Assembly (NCBI GenBank): GCA_002269645.1
Contig: NIVC01003898.1
Coordinates: 6,869 to 70,868 of the forward strand
DNA from: Macrostomum lignano
Lineage: Eukaryota
Length of the DNA: 64,000 nt
Direction of reading: 5' to 3'
Shown here: one piece after another, positions 1 through 12,494 of the stretch
Numbering within the stretch: position 1 is the first letter of the stretch
Layout of the letters: every line of letters starts with the position of its first letter
Translations under genes and position numbers: made by a program
The notes under the pieces: generated by a model
The model's database searches: none
What the model saw: the letters and a program-made list of their open reading frames with translations, nothing else
Told to the model about the DNA's origin: nothing

Positions 1-164
1 GTTATTTGCCCTCACACTTTTTGAGACTTGAGAGTTGCGATTGGAATGGCCATAGAACGCTGCTTTCAAACGAGCCCCCAACTTTTTCACCATCATTTGG
101 CTCGTTTCGCGTCCCGAGTGTTTATAGTTGTCCCTGGTAGAAATATCACGTGATATTATTAAAT

Positions 165-2189
165 TGATGAGGACGCACTTTTTTCCAAATCCCGCGCTAG
201 CACATGGGCTCTAAACTTACTAGCCTACTAACAGTGGGCAATGGGCATTTTTTATCCTTTTTCTGCAAATAGTCATAGAATCTATACTAGATATAATGTC
301 TGGCCATACTAGTAGTCATAATAACATAGGCGCAGCTTTTTGGGTCATAAATCATCGCTTTCGAAGTTGGTCTGACAGCCACCTGCGCCTCACTCAGTGT
401 TGAGACGGGCGCCAGATGGTCTGAGAGGATGCGGGCGATAGCTTTTTTCTCATCATTTTGACAGGCCATCAAGATTTATGAGGTCAGAGCCTATTGTTCG
501 TGTTCACTCAGGCGTGTGACAGCTTTGACAGCTATGCGTTTTACCCCTAAAAGTACTTTGGGATTAGCGATTAGCAATTTCTCTTCATTATCTTCACTTT
601 CTATTTAATAAGAGCTTTCTAATGTATATTTTTTCATTAATTTTTGTCAATCCTACGCGGAATGTCATAAATAATTTTGTTGCGATTTTGATTGATTTAT
701 GGCCGCACCTGTCATCTTTTTACGACCCTGTGGGAACTGATAGGATCTCCCGGTCACGTGATTCTGGGTGGCAACGAGCTTAGCCAATCAGAAAATTCGG
801 CGCTCATTTTAACAAATCGGCTCAGCCAATCAGAATCGACGTGTTCCATTATAACAAACTGCGGTCCAGTTGGCGGCTATTTAAACCGGAGTTTTTGGCC
901 CGCTCGGACTTCAACCTGCGTTTACCCTGGTCCCGGTTCAACCAACTTTTCTTGCGTCGGGCTGTCACGGCTGCACCGGCCAGGAATTGACCGTCGTTTC
1001 TTGATCCCCGGATCGCGACTCCCCCCATCATCATCAAGGAAGAATCCCCCGGTCATCAGCAGTGAACATCAGAGTGAAGAGCATCACCTGCTAGCTATCA
1101 GCGAAGATTGTGACATCAGCAACATCCCGGGCCTACAGCTGCGAAGCACTAAGCCGATTCGATCACTGTGGATTACCTGGTCTCCGGCTGTTGAGTTTCT
1201 GATTGGTTGGGTGAGAGGCTACCTAGACTTGCTTGATTGGGTGATTCCCTATCTGTCCCCTGTTTCAGTAGCTGGATTAGGCGCACACTTTTGCTCATTT
1301 TTTTCAGTAGTGCTGTTGCTGAGGCAGAAATCATTCAATAATACTGCTAGTAGTCTGAAACTCCAATTCAATCAGAAGTGCGAAGTGATTTGAAGAGAAG
1401 GCTAAATCTGACAGTTATTTTTATCGATTTTATTTCTTTGTTCGCCGATGGCTCAGATGAGTAGCTAAGCTAGTAGGCGCCGGTCACAGTGGACCAATAG
1501 CAAGGCAGTTCTCAGTCGATCAATCAATCAAATCAGTGAGCAAAACTGCCAGAAGTGCAGAATCGGCGCCAGAGATGTACTTTGTGCACTCTAGGCTAGC
1601 CAAGCGGCTCGGGTAATGAATCATGCGGTCTCTGAAGTTCGAGTTAGTCTATCTTCAGCGCTATGAGAGGCTAGTTGGCGCGTTGAAGGTCAAAAGTACA
1701 ATTCTTCGTATTTAGCAATGTAATAGTACATGTAGCTACCCCATAGTCTCGCCACTGCAAGAATCCCCTGCACAAGTCCCCTCTGTACCTGCATGGCCAA
1801 TTCGATCTAGTCCCAGCAGTGTCCCTTATCATCGGCTATGACTTCGAGATTGACAGCAAAAAGACACTAGTTGGCAGGTAAGTGCAAAGCCCCTTCTAGT
1901 CGGAAGCCCGATTTCGAGAGTCCCGGTGTGGTGAGCCAGGACGTACGGGCTGGTGGCAGCGAGTTAGCTAACCTGCGGGTTAACTAATTTCTACCTTCAA
2001 AATTCTCCCTGCTTGTCTCTCGCTGTCCCTCTCTTAGCTATAGGACCTAGACTGCTCGCCACACGATCAAGCTACCATGGGGCTGACCATCTGACAGGAG
2101 TGGGGGGCCAGGACTCTAATTGATTTATTTCTGAGACCTGAGGCCCGAAGGCTTCCCCACAAAAGGGGGCCGGAAGATCGAACCCATCA
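165..2189 (+). mobile_element. Solo LTR, family 1, copy A (2025 bp)
   Basis: Termini TGATG...CATCA with a 4-bp target-site duplication AAAT (161-164 and 2190-2193). Near-identical copy at 56915-58900. CCAAT boxes at 784 and 826 and TATTTAAA at 878 suggest + orientation. No retroelement coding sequence. Confidence 0.85.
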
Positions 2190-3982
2190 AAATATTAACC
2201 ATAGATCTTCTATAGGCACTAGATAGGCCACTCGATAGTGGCACCCAGCCAAACCATTGAGTCTATGGAAAGCATTCCAAGAAGCGGTGATTTTAGCTAG
2301 TTTTCAGTAGTTAATGTGCTTATTCTTCAGTAGTTGAAACGAGTATTAAATTACATTTTTATTCAGCCGTCTACGTCAGCGTAAGAATTTGGATGCCTTT
2401 GCATTACCAGGGTAAGATTATAATCAGCAGAGTGCGTTTTGAGAGAAATAAATCGTGTATAATTTTGCATCTCACGACAGCGCGAAAATTAACTACCGAA
2501 CTCAATTTCGTCAGTAGTCTCTGCAGTGAATTCATGTTTGGCATCTTTGACAGAATTTGCAAATAATGACGCCATGGCAGTTGGCTCACCGTTCCATATT
2601 GCATGACAAATCGAGTTGTCTGTGGCTTGCTTTCTCGATTTGATTCAAACGCTTGGCCATTGAATTCTATAGCCGTTCCGTTTTGCATGCCCACTGTTCC
2701 ACAAAAGCAATACACTACTGGCTAGTGACTAGTGACATGATATCATCAAGACTATGGCAAATAAAACGCTTGTAATTTAAAACAAAAAACGCTAACAAAA
2801 TTACATACTTCGCTGCATCGCAAAACAGAATCGAATGCAGTATATATAACGTCGAGAAGGAAATATATTTATGTAATAGATATAACAAATTTACAATAAG
2901 AAACGTTGGACTAGATTATTTTGAATAAATTGCACGCGGATTAATGGCATTTATAAATAATAATTAGCTGCAAAGTTTAATAAACAAGACTATGTGTACA
3001 GGCACTCCATTGTTAATGAAGATTCGGGTGACTTATATTAGTGGCTTATGAATTGCGTAAAACAAATATTTGAACAGAAAAACAATTATACTGCATGTGA
3101 CCAGTAGCTCGTACTGTCGTAATCAAAAAGTACTATATAGAGCTTTTAACAATAGAAAGCTTTCAATTTGGGATTGCTTCTAATTAAAGAATGGTATGCC
3201 GATTTTGTCAGACGTTTTTGGTTAGCATCAGCTATTTGTGATTCTAATCTGTTTTGTTTAGTTAAGGCTGTATAAACTAATCAGTGTTTTGACACTGAGA
3301 AACTAAAACCTATAACATATACACGTAGGTAAGCAAATTGATTTGTTATTTTAGATGGCTTTTATCTTGCAAAGCTCAGCTACTTCTAAGCCTTCTCTCC
3401 AGAGGGGAGACACCAATGTTGGTGCCTTCAATGTTAATAAACGCTGAAATAAATATGAAATAATATCAAAAACAAACTAGATAAAATATATGGCATCGAA
3501 TGTTCGGATAAGCGTTGATGCATAACGCAGAGGAAAGTATTCGTTAAAAAACTGCAGTAAAATATTAAATTTAGACAACATAAAAACCACAAATAACCGT
3601 CTTGCTTTTCGCTTTGTCGATTGTTTATAGTCAATTCGACAATTCACCATCTGTGTATCTGGAAGATCTTAATGAAACCTTTTATTTCCCGGAATCCTTG
3701 CAGATAGCTTTTGTTTTAAATAAAACAGTAGGCGTGGACTCGAACAGATATAAGGTATAAAAACACACGTTAAAATCCGTTTAACGAATCTAGCAGAGAG
3801 AAATTTTGCTTACAGATGAATCGCAGCAGTCTATTTTAATGCATAGCAGGTCTAAATAAATTTGGTCAACAAGTGGGTTCGTACACAACCGACCAGTGCA
3901 TCGGAAAGCCAGACTGACTGCAACAGGTGCGCAATGGAGCTTCCGATTCGGGTGAAATTTTTGGCTTCGTACCGCCACCGAC

Positions 3983-4827
3983 TCACAGGCTGAAAATGAG
4001 TGGCAGTTGTCAGCTTTCATTGCATTACATTGCAATCGATTACATTGCATTACATTGCATTCAGGCAAGATCGTGCGATTTCATATCCTGCTGTTTTTGG
4101 CAGGGCCGAGGTAGCTCAGCGTTAACTGTTGCCCTGACTTATCCAGGTGTAAAAGTTGCGAACCTCTCACCTGCCAAGCTGGCGTTGCAGTTCCTGCATC
4201 CGGTTGAATCCCTCAGCGTAGTACTGCATCTGGGCGTCCACAAACTCGTTCAGACAGCGCAGATGATGAGACTGCAGACCAGTTGGGAAGGGATATTGCA
4301 GGTGTAGAAGCTGCCTCTAGATTGTATTTTTGATTCGTTGAATTTCTGGACTGGCTCAATCATTTATGACTGGTTGAGCAGCAATACAAATTATTTTCCT
4401 ACAAGCTGCAACGCACTTGAATTCCTGGAGGCCTGTAAGCTTGGATTTTTTTCTTGAGGACAGCTTGGAGAGAGCGGCTATACAGTATCTCCCTAGGGAT
4501 TTTCTGCCTCGGAAAAAAATAATCCACTATACCGGGAGAAGACGAATTGGATGCTCAGCCGACACAATTCTATCGATGTTTGAGCTATTCTTTGCTTCCT
4601 CATCAAAGCAATGCTGGTGCAGCTACTAGCATAGTTTCGGATTGGAAGCATAGAAAAAAAATTGCTTTTGCAAAGAGTGGCGCATGGAAAGAGGGGGAGT
4701 ATGGGAAAATTTGAAACCGATGGAGTCGCGGACCGACTCATCCGAGTTGTCTCTTGCTGTCTCTGGAGCGACCCTACAGATTCCCGTAGCAGGAGAACAA
4801 GTAGGAGATTCTTCAATAAGCTTCGAG

Positions 4828-4881
<54 letters not shown>

Positions 4882-4932
4882 CTAAGACAGACAGACAGAC
4901 AGACACTAAGACAGACAGACAGACAGACACTA

Positions 4933-4988
<56 letters not shown>

Positions 4989-5024
4989 TGACATATAGAC
5001 AGACAGACAGACAGACAGACAGAT

Positions 5025-5061
<37 letters not shown>

Positions 5062-8000
5062 AACAGACAGACTGACATATAGACAGACAGACAGACAAAC
5101 AGACACACAGACACTAAGACAGACAAACAGACACAAAGACACTAAGACAGACAAACAGACACTAAGACACTAAGACACTAAGACAGACAAACAGACACTA
5201 AGACACTAAGACACTAAGACAGACAAACAGACAGAGACACAGGCGCATACTAAGCAATTTGGGATTCACAGTGTGAGCAGTAATCTCACACCGTGAATAA
5301 TTAAGAAAACAGCGCATTAAGCAAGCAAGGGAACTCAGAGCAGCTCAGAGCTCACATCGAAGTCGGGTTTGATCCCCAATCCAGCTTCCAATTACTTTTT
5401 CACTGCAGTTTAAACGCGCCTCCGTGATTTGGAAGGCAAATTATCTATTCGAGCTACAACAGGATTGGGTAATAAAAGTACAACCCAGGAGCTCAACGGG
5501 AAGCACTGCCCTGTCCAGTTGCAGTTGAGACGCGAGCGCGCGCAGATAAAAAGCAAATGCGTGTCCCGGATCGTGGTGGAGTAAACATATGTTTTTGCGG
5601 CAAGTAAAATTCTATGGGAAGCTCATATTTACGATTGAAAACCGTTGGAACTCACATGCGAGGACTCCAAGCCCTCCAGCAGCAGCCGGGTCACTTCGAG
5701 CTGTTTTTCGAACTCAGCTTGTAGCCGTTCACATTCCTCCTCTGCCTGTCAATTGTCCGGTAAACAGAAACTTCAGGGGCCAATGAACGGTTGATTTGCC
5801 TTTTTTAGATTGAATCGGCTTAGATATGTGCAATGCCTGCGATTAGAATTAAGTACGTAGACAGAATCCACAAATACCACTTCGATTGCTACAGATATCA
5901 ACTTCAATCCTTGGATAAAAATGAGAATAATATCGTTTAATATCAATTGAAGACCTCTAGACATCGACTTAAATCCCCAAGATTCGAACTCAAACCCCTA
6001 GATACCAACTCAACTCCCGATGATACCATTTAAAATTTCCCCAGATACCAACTCAAATTCCATGGGTACCAACCCAAATCCCATAGATACTAACTCAAAT
6101 CCCATAGACACCAGCTCAAATTCAATAGATACCAGCTCAAATTCAATAGATACCAACTCAAATCCAATAGATACCAACTCAAATCCCATAGATCCCAACT
6201 TAAATCCCATAGATACCAACTCAAGTGCCCTAGATACCAGCTCAAATCCAATAGATACAAACTCAAATCCAATAGATACCAACTCAAATCCCATAGATAC
6301 CAACTCAAATCCCATAGATCCCAACTTAAATCCCATAGATACCAACTCAAGTGCCCTAGATACCAGCTCAAATCCAATAGATACAAACTCAAATCCAATA
6401 GATACCAACTCAAATCCCCTCGATACCAACTCAAATCCCCTCGATACCAACTCAAATCCCCTCGATACCAACTCAAATCCCCTGAATACCAACTCAAATC
6501 CCCTCGATACCAACTCAAATCCCCTCGATACCAACTCAAATCCCCTCGATACCAACTCAAATCCCCTCGATACCAACTCAAATCCCCTGAATACCAACTC
6601 AAATCCCCTCGATACCAACTCAAATCCCCTCGATACCAACTCAAATCCCCTGAATACCAACTCAAATCCCCTGGATACCAACTCAAATCCCCTCGATACC
6701 AACTCAAATCCCCTGGATACCAACTCAAATCCCCTCGATACCAACTCAAATCCCCTGGATACCAACTCAAATCCCCTCGATACCAACTCAAATCCCCTCG
6801 ATACCAACTCAAATCCCCTGAATACCAACTCAAATCCCCTGGATACCAACTCAAATCCCCTCGATACCAACTCAAATCCCCTCGATACCAACTCAACTCC
6901 CGATGATCCCATTTAAAATTTCCCCAGATACCAACTCAAATCCCCTGAATACCAACTCAAATCCCCTCGATACCAACTCAAATCCCCTGAATACCAACTC
7001 AAATCCCCTGAATACCAACTCAAATCTCCTCGATACCAACTCAAATCCCCTGAATACCAACTCAAATCCCCTGAATACCAACTCAAATCCCCTCGATACC
7101 AACTCAAATTCCCTGGATACCAACTCAAATCCCCTCGATACCAACTCAAATCCCCTCGATACCAACTCAAATCCCCTGAATACCAACTCAAATCCCCTGA
7201 ATACCAACTCAAATCCCCTGAATACCAACTCAAATCCCCTGGATACCAACTCAAATCCCCTCGATACCAACTCAAATCCCCTCGATACCAACTCAAATCC
7301 CCTGGATACCAACTCAAATCCCCTCGATACCAACTCAAATCCCCTGGATACCAACTCAAATCCCCTCGATACCAACTCAAATCCCCTCGATACCAACTCA
7401 AATCCCCTGGATACCAACTCAAATCCCCTCGATACCAACTCAAATCCCCTGGATACCAACTCAAATCCCCTCGATACCAACTCAAATCCCCTGGATACCA
7501 ACTCAAATCCCCTCGATACCAACTCAAATCCCCTGGATACCAACTCAAATCCCCTCGATACCAACTCAAATCCGCCGGATACCAACTCAAATCCTCTCAA
7601 TACCAACTCACAAACAGTCACTCACCGCCTTCTTAGCGGGATCTTGCTTGGCCCGTTTAAGCCTGGCCTTGGCCGAGTCCAGATCCAGCCTGAGATTCTC
7701 CAGTGTCCGCCGCTCCCTCTGGATGGTTTTCATGTCGCCAGCCAGAAACTGACGCATCGGTCGCAGCATGGCGGCATTGGCGGCGAAGATGAAATCGCGT
7801 TCCAGTTGCGCCAGTCGCTGCTCCGTTTGGCCAACTTTTACCAAGCTGTTGCCGTACTCGCTGCCCGGTCCCAACTCGTTGCCAGACGTTAGCAGAGCGG
7901 TACCCAGCTCCTCCAGGGGCGTGGGACGGTCGCGTTTGCCTCGTTCGAGTTTTTCGCACATCATGTCCTGCGGATTGGGTGGGGGGGGGGTTAATATTAA

Positions 8001-9781
8001 TAACTGCAGGAGAGCTGCTCGAGCAGACTTCGTCCTCCAGTTCCACCTTTGAGCGGGGGGTTCACAAGGTAGAAATTTCACAACGTCAAAAAACTCCCTT
8101 TTGAGAGGCTGCTCTGCCTATTCCGCTGACTCTGTGCCTGGGGGTGGGGGTTGGCCCTCATGGCTGTAAATCGCAAGACAAACCTCAACCGGTCAATTCC
8201 CAGATCATGCCAAATCAAGCTCCAGATGAATGTGGGCAGGGGTGCTTGTACCACCCTGTCTTATCCTTTAGTTAGTGTCTTATTGGCATTTGAAATGTTA
8301 CAGGCTAAATCAGGGATTTTTCAAAGCCTCTCTATCCGGCCCTCGAGCGGATCCTTTAAAACTTCACATTAGCAATCCGGTCCGCTCAAGGTTTGCGTCT
8401 CTTCTCAGCTCTCTTCTCTCCCCTCATATATTTTCTTTTGTTCCTTCTCTCTCTCATCTTCTATTCCCTTTACTTTCCTCTCTCATCAGGCCGACCTCTG
8501 GGCTAAAGCAAGTCTATTTTTTATTAGAGGCAGGGGTTGTGTGCACCCTGGCGCACTTTAAGCGACATAGGCACACAACCGGCGAGAGGCATTACTGCCC
8601 ATTCCGCCGACTCCCCTGAGCAGGCACACAAGCGCGCGGATACGTACGCAGTCATACGCACAGGCACACACTCACACAGGAGTGTACAGCGGCCCTAACT
8701 TTATTTTATCGTTAGGCATGTACACTTCACTGTGCCTTGAAGGGTTGGCTCTCAAGGCCGTTAATTGCACGAGCAGAGCCAAGCCGAGATTCCAATTCAG
8801 CCCCAAATTAATGTGACTGCACTTGGAATCGAGCCTGGGTCGCTGGCACACCAGAGCCTGCGCTAGACCGCTGGGCTACGGCCCCCAAAGCAAGACACAT
8901 GAAAGCTAGTGTTGACATGTACAAATTCTGGTAAAGCAACTTGCCTCAACTCGATGAGCTGGATTCGGTTCGAGCACAGCCTCCGTGCTGGCCACAATTC
9001 GTTCCGTCCAGTTTTGAGCCTGGTCGGCTGCATTAAGCAGATTCTCAAAGTCCGCATCGTACTCAGTTCGCTCCGCTTGGCCCAGCTTCTCTTCCGTGAA
9101 CTGGATCCAGGATGTTTTTTTGCCAGAAAAATAATGAGAGTAAGTTTTTTTACACCAGTTTCTAGACATTTTTCAGTTTGTTCTATATTATATTTTTCTC
9201 CAGAGAATACCCACCCTATTCTTCGTAGGGAAGTGCTTAAACTTATTTTTTAGATTTTTATTTTCTAGGAGCTAACAGCATGTTCAATTTTACATCAATG
9301 AAAATTTCTAAAATTAATACAATATTGTTCATTAAAATGTATGAATTAAAAAGCTATAAAATATTTTTTGGATCAAATAATTTTTACCCATAAACCGAAA
9401 CAATTAAAATTCAAAATTTTTTGTTGCTAAAATAGTCTTCTAAACCTTTTTAAATTCAAAGGCCAAAGAAAATTTAAAAAGCTAAAAAAATTTCACACTT
9501 ATCATGCTATTGATTCTATAAATTATTTTGACCCATTGTGTTTTGAAGTAGATTTTATTTCTCCATAAATTCATGTGCGTCCTCATATAATATCTTTTAT
9601 TGCGCTGTACCTAAATTCTATAGAATTATATAATGCAGGCATGAAAAATAAAATATTCGACGTAGTGACAATTTAAGCTTTAAGCTTAGCGACCCAATTG
9701 AAACTAAAACTTAGGAGTACCAACCTGAACAGCACGGTTGAAAGAAGCGCTAATGTCCTCAGTAAACTTCTTAAAGTTCAT
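3983..9781 (-). CDS. SH3GLB1: Endophilin-B-like N-BAR protein, about 250 aa. Exons 9781-9725, 9100-8945, 7967-7626, 5745-5656, 4271-4171 and a putative terminal exon 3989-3983.
   Basis: Spliced translation [19 protein letters not shown]|[22 protein letters not shown]...PNPAHRVE|DMMCEKL...[16 protein letters not shown]...[15 protein letters not shown]...|[30 protein letters not shown]|[18 protein letters not shown]...LQRQLG is collinear with endophilin B1. Exon phases are compatible, with GT/GC-AG boundaries. The 3' end is uncertain. Confidence 0.9.
4827..5239. repeat. (CAGA)n microsatellite with ACACTAAG variants
   Basis: Direct reading. Lies in an endophilin intron and explains the SVCL/DRQT ORFs. 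Confidence 0.95.
5985..7610. repeat. 21-bp minisatellite (GATACCAACTCAAATCCCCTC)n, intronic
   Basis: Direct reading. Produces the DTNSNPL/GFELVSR pseudo-ORFs and lies between endophilin exons 3 and 4. Confidence 0.95.
8595..8885 (-). mobile_element. tRNA-derived SINE, family A, copy 1
   Basis: Minus strand begins GGGGCCGTAGCCCAGCGGTCTAGCG...GGCTCGATTCC (A-box and B-box like). The about 290-bp body matches 41673-41957 in the opposite orientation. The acceptor stem does not pair, so it is not a tRNA gene. Confidence 0.75.
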
Positions 9782-10688
9782 TTTAATTTTCGCGGACGTT
9801 AATTCGAAAGAAAGAAGTATACGAGGGTATCACAAAACAGTTTGAATTCGGAACGAACACTCAACACAGAGAGAAAGAGAAAAAGTTGTTTAGCGTTCTC
9901 CTTATAAAGATCGTTCTTTTCCAAATTTCCTTTCAGTTAGTTAACGTGCTGGGTGACGATGAATTTCGAAGTTTGAAGGGCAGTTGACTGAAAGAAACGA
10001 GTGTGTGTATGCGAATGCAAAATAAAATATATTAAGGGGGATAAAATGATTTTTCGCATTGAATTTGTATAATTAAGTGTAAATAACATGATTTGAAAAC
10101 TAACTGCTTTGAAACAAATGTTCAAATTTATCTATTTTATAATGATATTAATCTTTCTTATTAATAATTAACCAGTCTTACTAAACGTCCTAGCTTTTTT
10201 TATTTTGTTAAAACATGTTCAGTTAGCACGATAACTCAAATGTTCGTAGGTATATTTGTTCCCATCAAATTTTTTCACTAAGTCAAGTTTCGTTGCTATA
10301 ATCATAAACTTACGCTCTTTTATTTATGGAATACAAAATACGTTGCTATTTTTATGTATTAATTTAACTGCAAATACTTCCATGACGTCAGTTAATGGCA
10401 GACCAACGTCATATCATATATAAATGTGTAATTCCATATCCAACAAATGTTGCATAGCATACGAATGAATTCGAATAAATTCGCATGATCGGATAAATTT
10501 ACAAAACTAATAACCTTTTTATACAATTCATTTAAAATTATAACCATAAATAATCTTTAATGACATTCCAGTTTTCTGTTATTGCACAATTTATTGTACT
10601 TACCGGTACGAGCTGGAGCGTACCATGTACATGTTAACGCTGTATGTACGCGTGTTTGACACAAGGACTATTCAAGTAACATATATAT

Positions 10689-11251
10689 AGGACGCTACAC
10701 TCGAAATCTATGGTAAATTTTTTGAAGGCAAATTTTCGCTGAAAAATACACTATGGAGATAGAAGGTTTTAATTTTTTCAGCACAAAAATTGTTATTGCT
10801 TTTGATAGGAGGCAGATCCAGTGTTCATCTTTTTGATATGTTGTGCCTTTCTTATTGCTCGATCGATATTCATAAAGCTTTTCGTTCAGAAATAGTTTTA
10901 AAGGCAGGTTTCACCGGAAAAATACACTACGGAGATAAGAAATTTCACGATTTTCAACACTAAAACAGTGATTGGGTCTCTTAACAGCGTCAGAGAAAGT
11001 TCTAATCACACTATTTTGTGCCTCACATGCTGCTCTAACGACGCATTAATCGATTTTTCATGTTAAATTGGTCTCGTCATTTTTTAAACGCTTTTTTAAG
11101 TGACAGACCAAATTCAGAGCAGCATGTGAGGCACAAAATAGTGTGATTAGAACTTTCTCTGACACTGTTAAGAGACCCAATCACTGTAGTGTATTTTTCG
11201 GCGAAAAGTTGCCTTCAAAACATTTACCATCGATTTCGTGTGTTGCGTCCT
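10689..11251. mobile_element. Fold-back/MITE-like element with long imperfect inverted repeats
   Basis: 10690-10755 is the reverse complement of 11187-11250, and 10966-11038 is the reverse complement of 11113-11186. No TSD resolved. Confidence 0.65.
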
Positions 11252-12494
11252 TCTACTTAAGTTGTTCTTGGTTTGACATGTACATGTACTACACCTTTTT
11301 GCGTTCCATTTCGATAAAACTGCATTCAATTTCGGCAAACTGGCTTTTATCTTCGGCATCAGCTACGGCCGCACATCCAAATTGCATTCAATTTCGACAG
11401 CGCCAATCTAAAAGAAAAATAAAGACAGAAGAGAGGGATTCTTAGATTCTGCACAAGTACTGAATTTTGGAGTACAGTTAAGGTGTAATTGAACACGTAA
11501 AAACCTGTGCACTCATCAGCAAGCAGAACGAACAAAGCGCATATCCAGAAACAATTTACACAGTATGTACATAGTATTTCGTGCACAAGTGATACGCATT
11601 CAATTACACCTTAACTGTACTCCAAATGCAATAATTGTGCAAACTCTACCTAGGTCCTCTTTTTGTCTTTATTCCCCTTTTAGATTGGCGATGCCAAAAT
11701 TGAATGCAGTTTCCCGAATTTGAATATCAGTTTGTCTAAATAAAAACTCGACTTGCCGAAATGGAAACGCAAAAAGGTGTACGAGTTACGGCTAAATATA
11801 AGGAAATTAAAAGTGTCCCAGAAGTTCATGTGTAACTTTGATTCATTAGAAAGATGTACTCGTAGTTGAAACGGTGGCTCTAAAAACACAAAAAATATAC
11901 CAATGCACTTTTAAATTGCGAATTCTCCATCAACCATGTAAGAGACAAGCGGTTAAAGCCCTTAATTACAAAAGTAGCCTTCAGAAGGGCTTTAGAACGA
12001 ACATAAGAACTACATGTACGCAGTATAAACATGTAAGTGGGCTAGCATCAGCTGACGACATTCGTCAGGTCCTACTCCCTGTCACACTAAGGTTCTGCTT
12101 TAATAATTCTTATAGAATCCAGCTTTCTGCAACACGTACGCTGCTTTAAATGTAAGTGCAATCCAATGAATTACTACTTTCTGGCGTCTCTTTCTTGCCA
12201 TGCTAATTACAAAATTTCAAATTTGCGTACCTGTATGTAACAACAAAAATATTTACGCTCATATTGACATGTAAAGAAAATTTAGAGTTCGCGATTTATA
12301 ACAGTCAATATACATGCACATAAAGTATTCTGCAATTCTTTTTTAAAAGTTGCACCACAAGTACATGCGCTCTGAAGCGATGCTTAAGTACAAACTAAAC
12401 ATAATATTTTTAAAGCAGGTAGACACTGCTTTGTGTTTTCTATACACAGCCGACATTGATGGAAGTTGTATACAAGCGCGCTAATGGCATCGCG

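Noticed and set aside
287-1393. ORFs of 61 aa and 233 aa inside the family-1 LTR, echoed at 57036-58105
   Set aside because: Their recurrence only reflects LTR identity. The long ORF is broken into two frames in copy B and has no gag, pol or env motifs.
3095-3150. LFDYD peptide on the minus strand resembling an SH3 start
   Set aside because: It is flanked by stop codons within about 15 codons, has no other SH3 motifs and sits in AT-rich UTR-like sequence.
6010-7892. Long repetitive ORFs (DTNSNPL, GFELVSR) and similar ones at 12.4k, 30.6k, 32.6k, 47.4k, 53.1k and 55.7k
   Set aside because: They are open on several frames and strands because the tandem units lack stop codons. They lie in introns or intergenic DNA.
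8810-8885. Possible tRNA genes here and at 41673 and 28600
   Set aside because: No acceptor-stem pairing or proper cloverleaf, and each is attached to a repeated SINE body.
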